The notes under the pieces: model-generated
Seen by the model: the letters and a program-made list of their open reading frames with translations, nothing else
What the model was told of the DNA's origin: nothing
The model's database searches: none
Made by a program: the position numbers and the translations under genes
NCBI GenBank assembly: GCA_015485695.1
Contig: WFTB01000015.1
Coordinates: 1-54,700, forward strand
Direction: 5' to 3'
DNA: 54,700 bases
From: Patescibacteria group bacterium
Lineage (GTDB): Bacteria > Patescibacteriota > Patescibacteriia > WFTA01 > S139-112
In this document: positions 20,201 to 27,047 of the stretch, in pieces
Position numbering within the stretch: position 1 is the first letter of the stretch
How the letters are laid out: each line of letters opens with the position of its first letter

Positions 20201-20579
20201 TTTCGGAAGCGCGGTAAACATATCCGAGATAAACGAGGCGGAACACATGAGAGGGATATGGAGTCAAATTGACAGCGCTAGAGGGGGTCTCGTCAAATTC
20301 AGCAAACAGATAACACCATACGCCGATCCGTCAGTGAGCAGTTATTGGCTGTATATGCACGACGACGCGCAATTTACCGATGCGACCGGAGATCGCATGG
20401 GAATGTACGGTGGTGAAGGATTCAGATTGAGGAGTTTTGAGAACGCCAATGAAAGACCGATACTGTATGAGACCTCATACAGACCGACAGCCGCAAGCAT
20501 AGGAGTATCGGGGAACCAATTCGGAAATCTCATGAGAAACCCGCTACAAATAAACGTAACTCAGCAAACGGGATTATAA
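14283..20579 (+). CDS. Giant secreted multidomain protein: heparinase II/III-like lyase, Ig/PKD, right-handed beta-helix, choice-of-anchor Q, DUF11, Pro/Asn/Asp repeats, unknown C-terminal domain
   Basis: Signal/TM at N-terminus; EHPRLFF; NEGDSY; HDDTEQG; PKD (SYSWDFGDG..PTYTY..PG.F...LTVTDN); beta-helix repeats; DFDGTSRPQGSGYDLGAYE; GDSITYTLTYRN..NDIPPGT; ATG 14283 preferred. Confidence 0.75.
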   Translation: MLNPNRKKTWLLLTALSTIAVGAVMAYGPYDERASAQVSGSWQPPQGSPLSNKEHPRLFFTADSKQKIIDKIKTYYQTDFRDFVNTLDADYGTSFSGYETQNLGINAVRNYALLCQIEPSSVGVSGSYSRQEYCDESVRLAKQMASALPDYRDSIHCAQTWDGKNCGLFNVSLAVAYDWAYNDMSVADRQSLQGYIESSFDRCNEDCKGERPLIMNVATTAAFHGVFPFLALYGDGSSREAEMTDWYKKNFLDGMLAVSDSLYEGSAYHNEGDSYSLDVVLPIVMMSSASSPALNTNLFEKHAYLRYMPDYFYYTTIPQKTPYGSGGYAGERNNTHRYGVQWMPDETPYIVLNASAAELDDVDSAQAGFAKWLSDGPGPYALGGIENVKRYDRRLYDLFTKFIWGTRQVQVLDADSANKNLMQNLGGQIVMRSSHDSESATRAVFHAYDWFYASSHDDTEQGAIGIWKYGPLILDSVGNSKNSSNMRRWTTNKGPALNSLMGVFKPGETDKDGYNFMEFDITWPGASTINDPSQYYEGSQMDRGDKVMDRKVDLYDYVNYDYGKMYTDKASSARRQYVYLRGPENKEYVVVYDQVDSAYEKRALFHSGVDWQAIGGSWGTEGVFDRLIGTRTVKIDNSSLPSGKGALFLKVLTQNANIYKQGGQAYPLTDVEGRNISYGGSGDYEYECFSIGCWRIQVRTNESNLLTAMQIGASQTIGPNMVSTVAVDGGNSEGVMIGDRVVMFSRTSGQQMSSTGYTVSTSEPVTHIIANMTPDTEFEVVINGASQNIISSSAGVLTFRDDGTGNRSVSIGGGVSVPQDTEPPRVTVFAVNPEAPQETSNTVEISWTASDNKSLDRIEIWRADFNGTDCSDSDKSGCSWRKVQSVNAYGSKHSGSATDNPPVGTFWYGIHAIDSSGNIGYEPNPPGSLKVIKIESTDPGNGGNDGGGNGGNGDNGGGNTPSNNPPDAVISASPTAGSAPLVVDFTGTNSSDSDGTIVSYSWDFGDGSGSSIANPTYTYQSPGTFTARLTVTDNQGAIGQSSVIITVTEPASGNVIYVDNRATQAGDGSQASPYQSIAKGIEAIQPGQTMIIVGDASGIGRVYAEDIDLSKNGSATAMYTMKSQDGETVIVQHSNTITPGDYWVVRGIVFDHQNTSSDAIRISGSNTTFDGVTLKNGKRDGFEIDGSARDITIKNSNIYNFVWQPGSDAHCIVIDPGAGGINIDSNTIYDCGGDGVQIFANSGDEPSTYAKNVTISNNTIYTTRGTGSENALDIKGAVGLTIDGNTIYGFENKAIVIQKGPQNVSFTRNTVYDSLQGLEVRGEGGFNPINVDIINNVFYNITGEYALKFDNVENLKAQHNTLVSISGNPFRIELGGVVSGYIQNNLISSSGQNSVSGTQNAIVSHNGWFDGATSGSLGGTNEVAGDDAQFVDASAFDYRLKSNSLAKDSGRTLSHVATDFDGTSRPQGSGYDLGAYEVASSSGNPEVYIDMISDKTEVYVGDSITYTLTYRNNSDYPAVNLRIYNDIPPGTELIPGSITGGGIVNSGTIEWVLSRVEARQFGDLSFSVTVLEETPNNPNDPPPDTTDPDNPNDPNNPPPDTTDPDNPNNPNDPPPDTTDPDNPNDPNNPPPDNGIVGSCVAPGQRGGAVVVSGANIPSSLVGKPIDSVYGYSYKNNEWTAEPIQIDERRPAPSPTIATVYVTPSSLTDTVPENDWAGTDTEPGIDNGQYSDEIVFDYSSLGPRAPGGVPNPEGAKGTRYEVAVTDTLTDTTKYFYLFQTNNSLQRSTVDFVSYDYNVSDCNGYASTCEDTTAQSACYSTHFSLRWVQDEIRIKPEAGGDNTDIIDRVMGAAYATSPDAPFRASVGENEDHKMNAAIACGGWSVYDPIHYYLGHIDGPVRAIRQIKGACSFEDLIRIWKFSGAQVDETLSMQGHSFGVNSGGYGMRTNYSKDAVPLTYYSESFPDGIKFDGEPDFGSAVNISEINEAEHMRGIWSQIDSARGGLVKFSKQITPYADPSVSSYWLYMHDDAQFTDATGDRMGMYGGEGFRLRSFENANERPILYETSYRPTAASIGVSGNQFGNLMRNPLQINVTQQTGL
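19005..19177 (+). repeat. 96-bp-period coding duplication (PNNPNDPPPDTTDPDNPNDPNNPPPD)
   Basis: 77 bp identical at 19005 and 19101. Confidence 0.9.
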
Positions 20580-20606
20580 TATTTAGAGTAGTTTTATAAT
20601 CGATTT

Positions 20607-20640
20607 CAAAATCCCCCGGTCAACGGATTGGGGGATTTTG
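20607..20640. terminator. Likely bidirectional intrinsic terminator
   Basis: CAAAATCCCCC...GGGGGATTTTG inverted repeat between convergent genes. Confidence 0.75.
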
Positions 20641-20678
20641 GTTTTCACATTGTTGATGTTGGAATCGAGCTTGGAAGC

Positions 20679-21002
20679 TCATGATAATTTCCATTGATAA
20701 GTAATCATATCGACTTTGAAAAGTTTATTTTTATTGTCCGCAGTTACCGTGACACCTTCGCTCTCAAGGAGAAGCTTTTGCGATTCGGCGGAAACATCGG
20801 GATGCGCGATGGTCAAATGCCCGCTTGACGACACTACTCTATGCCAGGGTATGTCTGAGTCAGGTACGGCGCGCAACGCCCAACCAACCGATCTTGCTGA
20901 CATGGGATTTCCGAGCAATGTCGCTATTTGCCCGTATGACGCGACATTTCCTTTCGGGATTTTTTTGACCGTCGCATACACTTTTTGATAAAAATCGGAC
21001 AT
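20679..21002 (-). CDS. Alkyltransferase-like (ATL/YbaZ, MGMT family) protein
   Basis: IPKGNVASYGQIA, ARSVGWAL, PWHRVV (Trp in place of catalytic Cys), QKLLLESEGV. Confidence 0.9.
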   Translation of the reverse strand: MSDFYQKVYATVKKIPKGNVASYGQIATLLGNPMSARSVGWALRAVPDSDIPWHRVVSSSGHLTIAHPDVSAESQKLLLESEGVTVTADNKNKLFKVDMITYQWKLS

Positions 21003-21055
21003 TTTGCGTTATCTTAACTATATGATACGCTGTCATGGTATCATTAAACAACACT

Positions 21056-22384
21056 ATGGGAAAACCTACGGTAAGCATTATAGGATTTGGGCGGTTCGGA
21101 CAGCTCTGGGCGCGCGTTTTGAAAAATCACGCGGATATTCGAGTATATGACCAAGGAAACAAACTCTCTATCGCAGAGAAATTTGGCATAAGGCTCGCGA
21201 ACCTTGAAGAAGCGTGCGCGTCAGAGCATGTGTTTTATGCCGTGCCAATTTCGCAACTCGAATCCGTGGTGGAAAAGACAAAAAGATATTTCGCGTCCGG
21301 ACAAACCGTACTCGATGTATGTTCGGTAAAAGCGCACAGTCGTCGTGTGTTCGAAAAACACCTTTTAAACAGTGGGGCAAACCTAATCCTAACGCACCCG
21401 ATGTTCGGTCCGGACAGCGCGAGAAGCGGTTTAAACGGGCTTCCGATTATGATGTGTAATTTGCAATCAAGTGAAGATGCTTATGAGTTCTGGAAACGAT
21501 TATTTGCAAGCTTGGAGCTTGATGTTCAAGAAATGACACCGGAAGAACATGATTATCAGGCCGCGTTTTCGCAAGGAGTGACACACACAATCGGACGAGT
21601 GCTCGATGAAATGAAACTCAAACACACTTCAATCGACTCAAAAGGATTTAAAGCTCTAATGGAAGTCGCGGAGCAGACATGTCACGATTCGTGGGAATTG
21701 TTTCGTGATTTGCAGGTGTTTAATCCGTATACCAAAGAAATGCGAATGAAGTTGGAACAAGCGTTCGCAACCGTCAACAAAGCTCTGATTCCGGCATGCG
21801 AAGACCAAACGATAATTATAGGCATTCAAGGGGGCAAGGGAAGTTTTAACGAAGAGGCGTGCAAAGAACATTGCGCGCGAATAGGTCTGAAGGATTATCG
21901 TATAGAATACCTATACACTTCGGAGCGAGTGCTTACCGCCCTTGAGAACGGGGATATCGATCGAGGTCAGTGCGCGACCCAAAATTCCATAGGAGGAGTG
22001 GTAAGAGAGACGATTCACGCATTAAGCGAGCATAGAAGTTCGATTGTGGATGAGTTTGAGTTTATCGTGAATCACGCTCTTCTCGCAAGACCCGGCGTTA
22101 CGCTGGATCGAGTATCAACAATCATGTCTCACCCTCAAGCATTGGCTCAGTGTCAATCGACTCTTCCGGCGATGTTCCCGGACAAGAAACTCGTTCCGGG
22201 AACGGGCGATTTTGTTGACCAGGCAAACGCCGCGAAGAGTCTAAGTTGCGGGGACTTGCCTGATTCGACCGCGGTTCTAGCGTCTCGAGTTTGCGCAAAT
22301 TTGTACAATCTTGATATTTTGGCCGATAATTTGCAGGATAGACGGGATAATTACACGTCATTTATATGGTTGGAGAGAGTATGA
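21056..22384 (+). CDS. Prephenate dehydrogenase (TyrA) fused to a prephenate dehydratase catalytic domain
   Basis: IIGFGRFG, DVCSVK, HPMFGP and EEHD (TyrA); IQGGKGSFNEEA, NSIGGVV, SHPQALAQC and LQD..DNYTSF (PDT). Confidence 0.85.
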   Translation: MGKPTVSIIGFGRFGQLWARVLKNHADIRVYDQGNKLSIAEKFGIRLANLEEACASEHVFYAVPISQLESVVEKTKRYFASGQTVLDVCSVKAHSRRVFEKHLLNSGANLILTHPMFGPDSARSGLNGLPIMMCNLQSSEDAYEFWKRLFASLELDVQEMTPEEHDYQAAFSQGVTHTIGRVLDEMKLKHTSIDSKGFKALMEVAEQTCHDSWELFRDLQVFNPYTKEMRMKLEQAFATVNKALIPACEDQTIIIGIQGGKGSFNEEACKEHCARIGLKDYRIEYLYTSERVLTALENGDIDRGQCATQNSIGGVVRETIHALSEHRSSIVDEFEFIVNHALLARPGVTLDRVSTIMSHPQALAQCQSTLPAMFPDKKLVPGTGDFVDQANAAKSLSCGDLPDSTAVLASRVCANLYNLDILADNLQDRRDNYTSFIWLERV

Positions 22385-22480
22385 GTGTCACGCGTTTGGC
22401 ATATCCTTTCCAATGGTTGTTTCTCGCGCGCATTAATCGATTTTTGGGTTGGTTTATCGAGTCGTCAAAATCAATTTGTA

Positions 22481-22508
22481 TTGCATTCAGGCGAATACGC
22501 TCTATAAT
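22481..22508 (+). promoter_or_regulatory. Putative sigma70 promoter for pyrD
   Basis: TTGCAT-N16-TATAAT. Confidence 0.5.
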
Positions 22509-22576
22509 ACATTTGGAGACCGTATAAAACACATGTTGTTTACCTTGCAAAGACTTTTTGGGCAGTCTATTTGATT

Positions 22577-23692
22577 ATGAATTTGATTATAAAAATTCGA
22601 AATATTATTCTCGGCGGTTTGTATCGACAGATACTTAAAAGAGCGCTGTTCATGATCAATCCGGAAAAAGTTCATGACAGATTTATAAAAGTCGGCAGTT
22701 ACATTGGAGCGTCCAAATCATTTCGTTTGGCAACTAAAGCTCTTTATGGATATTCGCACCCAAGCCTTTCTCAGACAATACTCGGCATCACGTTTGAAAA
22801 CCCGATAGGGTTGTCTGCTGGCTTTGATAAGAATGCGGTTTTGACAGATATTATTCCGTCCGTAGGTTTCGGTTTCGAAGAAATAGGTTCAATTACGGCG
22901 CGTCCCTACGAAGGCAATCCCGGAATACGTCTTTGGAGATTACCCAAAAGCAAATCGCTTGCGGTGTATTATGGATTGATGAACGATGGAGCCGATGCAA
23001 TCTCCGCAAAATTAAAAGACAAAAGATTCAACATACCGACAGGAATAAGCGTAGCCAAGACAAATTGCAAAGAAAATTGTGATGTGGATGAAGGAGTGAG
23101 GGATTATGTATACACTTATCGTTCTTTTTCCGGAATAGGGCATTATGACACCATAAACATTTCGTGCCCGAACGTATTTGGCGGTCAACCGTTCCATGAC
23201 TCGGACAGCCTCAAGAAGTTATTGGAAGGGTTGTCATCGGTTCCGAAAACAAAACCGATGTTTATCAAAATTTCACCGGATTTGTCCGCTGACGAGGTTG
23301 ATGGGATTATAAAAACATCAAAAATGTTTGACGTTGATGGATTTATAATAAGTAATTTAACAAAGCCGAGAAATAACCCGAATATAAAAGACGTCAATGT
23401 GCCCGATGTCGGAGGGTTAAGCGGAAAAGTCGTGGAACATCTTGCAAATAATCTTATAAAATACGTGCATTCTCGCGTTAAAGGCGAATTTATAATAATC
23501 GGTTGCGGAGGGGTGTTCAGCGCGGAAGATGCGTACAAAAAAATACGACTCGGGGCGTCGCTTGTCCAGCTCATTACCGGCATGATCTATCAAGGTCCGC
23601 AAGTTGTTTCCGAGATTAACCAAGGGCTTGTAAGGCTTCTTGAGAGAGACGGGTTTAAAAATATATCAGAAGCGGTTGGGGTTGATGTTTAG
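22577..23692 (+). CDS. pyrD: Quinone-dependent dihydroorotate dehydrogenase (class 2)
   Basis: PEKVH, NPIGLSAGFDKN, GNPG.RL.RL, KISPD, GGLSG, GASLVQL. Confidence 0.92.
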   Translation: MNLIIKIRNIILGGLYRQILKRALFMINPEKVHDRFIKVGSYIGASKSFRLATKALYGYSHPSLSQTILGITFENPIGLSAGFDKNAVLTDIIPSVGFGFEEIGSITARPYEGNPGIRLWRLPKSKSLAVYYGLMNDGADAISAKLKDKRFNIPTGISVAKTNCKENCDVDEGVRDYVYTYRSFSGIGHYDTINISCPNVFGGQPFHDSDSLKKLLEGLSSVPKTKPMFIKISPDLSADEVDGIIKTSKMFDVDGFIISNLTKPRNNPNIKDVNVPDVGGLSGKVVEHLANNLIKYVHSRVKGEFIIIGCGGVFSAEDAYKKIRLGASLVQLITGMIYQGPQVVSEINQGLVRLLERDGFKNISEAVGVDV

Positions 23693-23783
23693 AGCGTTGT
23701 CGCGCTCTTATGATTTTTTATTGAGCTTGGTTTTCAGTATTTAGTTCGTAGATGCGCTTGATAAATATGTCCTTTGAGACTTT

Positions 23784-24581
23784 TTATTTTGCTTCGGTGT
23801 TTTGTTCTTCTTGCTTTGCGCTTTCCACCAAATCTTTCAGCACTTCGCGAAATATTGCTTCGGGCAGAAGCCCTGAAACCTTTTCTCCGTTTATGAAAAA
23901 AGTTGGAGTGCCCGCCGCTCCCGCCTTGACCGCCGTTTCAAAATCATCCATAACTTCCTTTGCGTATTTTCCGGTATCAAGACAAAGGTTGAATTGCCTT
24001 GTATTAAGTCCGACCTCCGCGGCGTATCTTTTAAGGTCGGGAGTAAACAGAGCTCTCTGGTTTATGAAAAGTTTATCGTGATATTCCCAGAATTTACCTT
24101 GTTCGTTCGCGCATTCCCCGGCCTCCGCGGCTTTTATCGCGTATGGGTGAATGTCATACAGAGGAAAATCGCGCCATATAAACAGCACGTCGTCTTTGAA
24201 TTCTTGCGCGAGTTTTCTGACAGTAACAAACGCTTGACGCGTAAATGGGCACTCAAAATCACCAAACTCAACAACAACCACTTTTGCGTCGGGGTTGCCA
24301 AACCATGGATCGCTTTTTGTTTCAAGTTCTTCTCTTGAAAGTGGTGTAGAGGTGTCTATAGCTCCTGAAAATTGAGTGAATCCACCAGCATCGTCTGCAA
24401 AAGAATCTATATTGCCGGTTCTGTAATCCTCCGTGATTTGATATACTTTGAATACAAACACGATTGCGAATATGACGATAATCGCGACAACAATTCGAGA
24501 GAACACCAAAAGAACCCGCTTATACCACGGCTCGATATAATTTGGTTCGGTGAATGTCGGGTATCTGTCCATATTCACCAT
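23784..24581 (-). CDS. Membrane-anchored DsbA/BdbD-like thioredoxin-fold protein (CxxT)
   Basis: N-terminal TM; GNPDAKVVVVEFGDFECPFT; QGKFWEYHDKLF; GTPTFFING. Confidence 0.88.
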   Translation of the reverse strand: MVNMDRYPTFTEPNYIEPWYKRVLLVFSRIVVAIIVIFAIVFVFKVYQITEDYRTGNIDSFADDAGGFTQFSGAIDTSTPLSREELETKSDPWFGNPDAKVVVVEFGDFECPFTRQAFVTVRKLAQEFKDDVLFIWRDFPLYDIHPYAIKAAEAGECANEQGKFWEYHDKLFINQRALFTPDLKRYAAEVGLNTRQFNLCLDTGKYAKEVMDDFETAVKAGAAGTPTFFINGEKVSGLLPEAIFREVLKDLVESAKQEEQNTEAK

Positions 24582-24671
24582 TATAACAGAATTAAGCGAC
24601 CTCTTGAAATGTTCTTTGTATATGATATACTCCAGCCGTTGTTATGGTTTTCAGTATTTTGAGATTCATAA

Positions 24672-24745
24672 GCGCCCGTAGCTCAATTGGATAGAGCGTC
24701 TGGCTTCGGACCAGAAGGTTAGGGGTTCGAGTCCCTTCGGGCGTA
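24672..24745 (+). tRNA. tRNA-Arg(TCG)
   Basis: GCGCCCG/CGGGCGT acceptor; TCTGG-CTTCGGA-CCAGA anticodon arm; GGTTCGAGTCC T-arm. Confidence 0.96.
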
Positions 24746-24947
24746 CAAGGCACAGCCTTGCTCTTATTGGACTCGAACGGGCGAGGAGTCTTGTTGGGGA
24801 CAAGACACCGCAAGCCCAGGTCCGGAACGGCGAGTCCCTTCGGGCGTACAAGGCACAGCCTTGCTCTTATTGGACTCGAACGGGCGAGGAGTCTTGTTGG
24901 GGACAAGACACCGCAAGCCCAGGTCCGGAACGGCGAGTCCCTTCGGG
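24728..24947 (+). repeat. 103-bp tandem repeat (2 units plus 14 bp) starting inside the tRNA-Arg T-loop
   Basis: Units start at 24728, 24831 and 24934; identical copies. Confidence 0.95.
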
Positions 24948-25011
24948 TTGTTTTTGTTCGGTATTAGGGATTTGTCGGTTCACAAAACTGTTGTCAATTT
25001 AGATCTATCAT

Positions 25012-25084
25012 GCCCCTATAGCTCAGTTGGTAGAGCAGGAGACTCTTAATCTCTGTGTCCATGGTTCGAGTCCATGTGGGGGCA
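25012..25084 (+). tRNA. tRNA-Lys(CTT)
   Basis: Cloverleaf with GAGA-CTCTTAA-TCTC anticodon arm. Confidence 0.95.
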
Positions 25085-25220
25085 CAAACTTGCGCACGAT
25101 TGTTATGTGCGGTTTTGGAGTGAACGGTTTTCGGTATTTATATTATCTGATTGACGCATAACCATACTGCCTGGACTATTAGTTTGCGATTAAGTTTGTC
25201 GCGACATTTGTAGAATTTAT

Positions 25221-25478
25221 ATGCGCGTATTAATAGGTTTAATTGTGGCCGGAATAGGTTTTTTAATGGTTTGGAAGACGGACTGGATTGTTCGCAATTT
25301 CGGTTATATGGCATGGGCGGAGCGTTCCATGGGCATATTTGGAGGTACGAGAACAGTCATAAAGGTTATCGCGGTTATCGGAATTTTTTTTGGATTTCTC
25401 TATATGACAAACCAGTTGGACGGGTTTTTGGATTTTGTTTTCGGGTGGATATTGCCTGAAGCGTTGAAAAATAATTAA
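25221..25478 (+). CDS. Small two-TM hypothetical membrane protein
   Basis: ATG after T-rich leader; two hydrophobic helices; WAER..G..GGTR loop. Confidence 0.75.
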   Translation: MRVLIGLIVAGIGFLMVWKTDWIVRNFGYMAWAERSMGIFGGTRTVIKVIAVIGIFFGFLYMTNQLDGFLDFVFGWILPEALKNN

Positions 25479-25495
25479 TTCCGTGCTAGAGTTGA

Positions 25496-25521
25496 TTTCG
25501 TACCGTTTGAGCGGTACGAAA
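25496..25521. terminator. Hairpin between the small CDS and tRNA-Ala
   Basis: TTTCGTACCG-TTTGAG-CGGTACGAAA, 10-bp perfect stem. Confidence 0.5.
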
Positions 25522-25554
25522 GAGTTTAACCAAAATAATCGGCAATCTCTATAA

Positions 25555-25628
25555 GGGCCTGTAGCTCAGCTGGCTAGAGCACCTGCTTTGCAAGCAGGGG
25601 GTCAAGGGTTCGAATCCCTTCAGGTCCA
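25555..25628 (+). tRNA. tRNA-Ala(TGC)
   Basis: G3:U70 in GGGCCTG/CAGGTCC; CCTGC-TTTGCAA-GCAGG. Confidence 0.96.
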
Positions 25629-25775
25629 CAAACGCAATATGTTCTCAGTCTTGCGCGCAATCTGATTATGTGTAAACCGTGTATTGCGCGTTATGTTACA
25701 TAATCGGTTGCGAGCGCGCGTAACAATCGGAGTTAGTGGTTTTGAGGATTGTATTTTGCGATGTGTTCCTGATTA

Positions 25776-25847
25776 GCCTGGGTAGCTCAGTGGTAGAGCA
25801 CTGGCCTGAAAAGCCAGGTGTCGACAGTTCGATCCTGTCCCCAGGCA
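25776..25847 (+). tRNA. tRNA-Phe(GAA)
   Basis: GCCTGGG/CCCAGGC; CTGGC-CTGAAAA-GCCAG. Confidence 0.96.
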
Positions 25848-25864
25848 CAGTCAGAATGGTATAG

Positions 25865-25890
25865 AAAACTCCGCATCCACGGAGTTTTTT
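25865..25890 (+). terminator. Intrinsic terminator after tRNA-Phe
   Basis: AAAACTCCG-CATCCA-CGGAGTTTTTT. Confidence 0.8.
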
Positions 25891-26052
25891 GTTTGCTATT
25901 ACTTTGGTATTTCTATATTATTATCGTATCGTAAACAGGTTGAAATCTCATTTTTAATCCGCGATAATTCCCAGATTCCTATTTTCGCGTAAAAACGAGT
26001 CAATAATAAGCGATTTTTGTTAGCGATAAATTTCCGGCGATTTTTGGAATAT

Positions 26053-26991
26053 ATGTTTTTTGTTCGACGGTTAAAGCACGAGTTGTTTAATATAAGGAAA
26101 GCTTTTTTGGATTTCGGAATAGGGTGGGAGTATTTATATTATAAGAACATAATATCTCGAAGAGTTGATTATTTTAAAGAGCCGATAGAGCGTCCGGTAA
26201 CTTGTGGCGATTTTTCCATGCATGTTTTGTTCGGGCATCGGTATGTTCACATGGCTTTATGGTCGCTTTTCAGTTTTTATTCGACTTCATCATGCATAGG
26301 TCTTCTTTATATACACAGCGATGGAACTCTTACGGACGCTGATTTGAGTTTGTTGAAACGTTTTTTCCCGAATGCGAAATTCATTAATCCGAAAACGGTA
26401 ATCGAAGACAACAAGAAAAAATTCGAAGAACACCCGATTATAAAAAAATTTCGCGAGAAACACGAGGACAGTTTCTTCGTAACGCAGTTAATCGACCCAT
26501 ACATGGTTTCGCAATCTCGGAATGTTCTTTTTTTTGATGTCGATATTTTGTGGTTTGCGGATTCGCGCGTCATTCGAGAAGCGGTTGAACATGGATGCCC
26601 CAACTCCTATCTTATGGATGCGGGTCGCGTATATGATTCGTGTCGATTGGAAAATACCGTAACATTTAAAGATGGCTCCGTGCTCAATCCGCTATATTCG
26701 AGATTCAACAGCGGTATTGTGCTTTTTAACAAGAAAAATTTCAACTTGGAGCGATTGTCGGATTTTGTTGACCGTATTGATATGATGAGACCGGAGAGCA
26801 GGCATTGGGTAGAACAGTCCGGATACGCCTACAGCCTTGAGAATCTGAAAACGTTCCCGATATCAAAATATATAATAAAAGGAGAAGTTAAAGATGGTAC
26901 GGTCGTAAAACACTACACCGGTCCCAGAAGAGTTGAGTTTTTCGCGAAGGGAATTCCAATTTTAATGAATTTGACATCAGATATCACATAG
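26053..26991 (+). CDS. GT-A fold (GT8-like) putative glycosyltransferase
   Basis: FFDVDILWF (DxD), FNSGIVLF, EQS and VKHY motifs. Confidence 0.6.
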   Translation: MFFVRRLKHELFNIRKAFLDFGIGWEYLYYKNIISRRVDYFKEPIERPVTCGDFSMHVLFGHRYVHMALWSLFSFYSTSSCIGLLYIHSDGTLTDADLSLLKRFFPNAKFINPKTVIEDNKKKFEEHPIIKKFREKHEDSFFVTQLIDPYMVSQSRNVLFFDVDILWFADSRVIREAVEHGCPNSYLMDAGRVYDSCRLENTVTFKDGSVLNPLYSRFNSGIVLFNKKNFNLERLSDFVDRIDMMRPESRHWVEQSGYAYSLENLKTFPISKYIIKGEVKDGTVVKHYTGPRRVEFFAKGIPILMNLTSDIT

Positions 26992-27047
26992 AGTCGGTTG
27001 CTTTTGTTGATTTTGAATTGTTTTAAATTTTACAGATAATTTATCGC

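Noticed and set aside
24592-25049. Four short ORFs over tRNA-Arg, the repeats and tRNA-Lys
   Set aside because: They are translations of tRNA and repeat DNA
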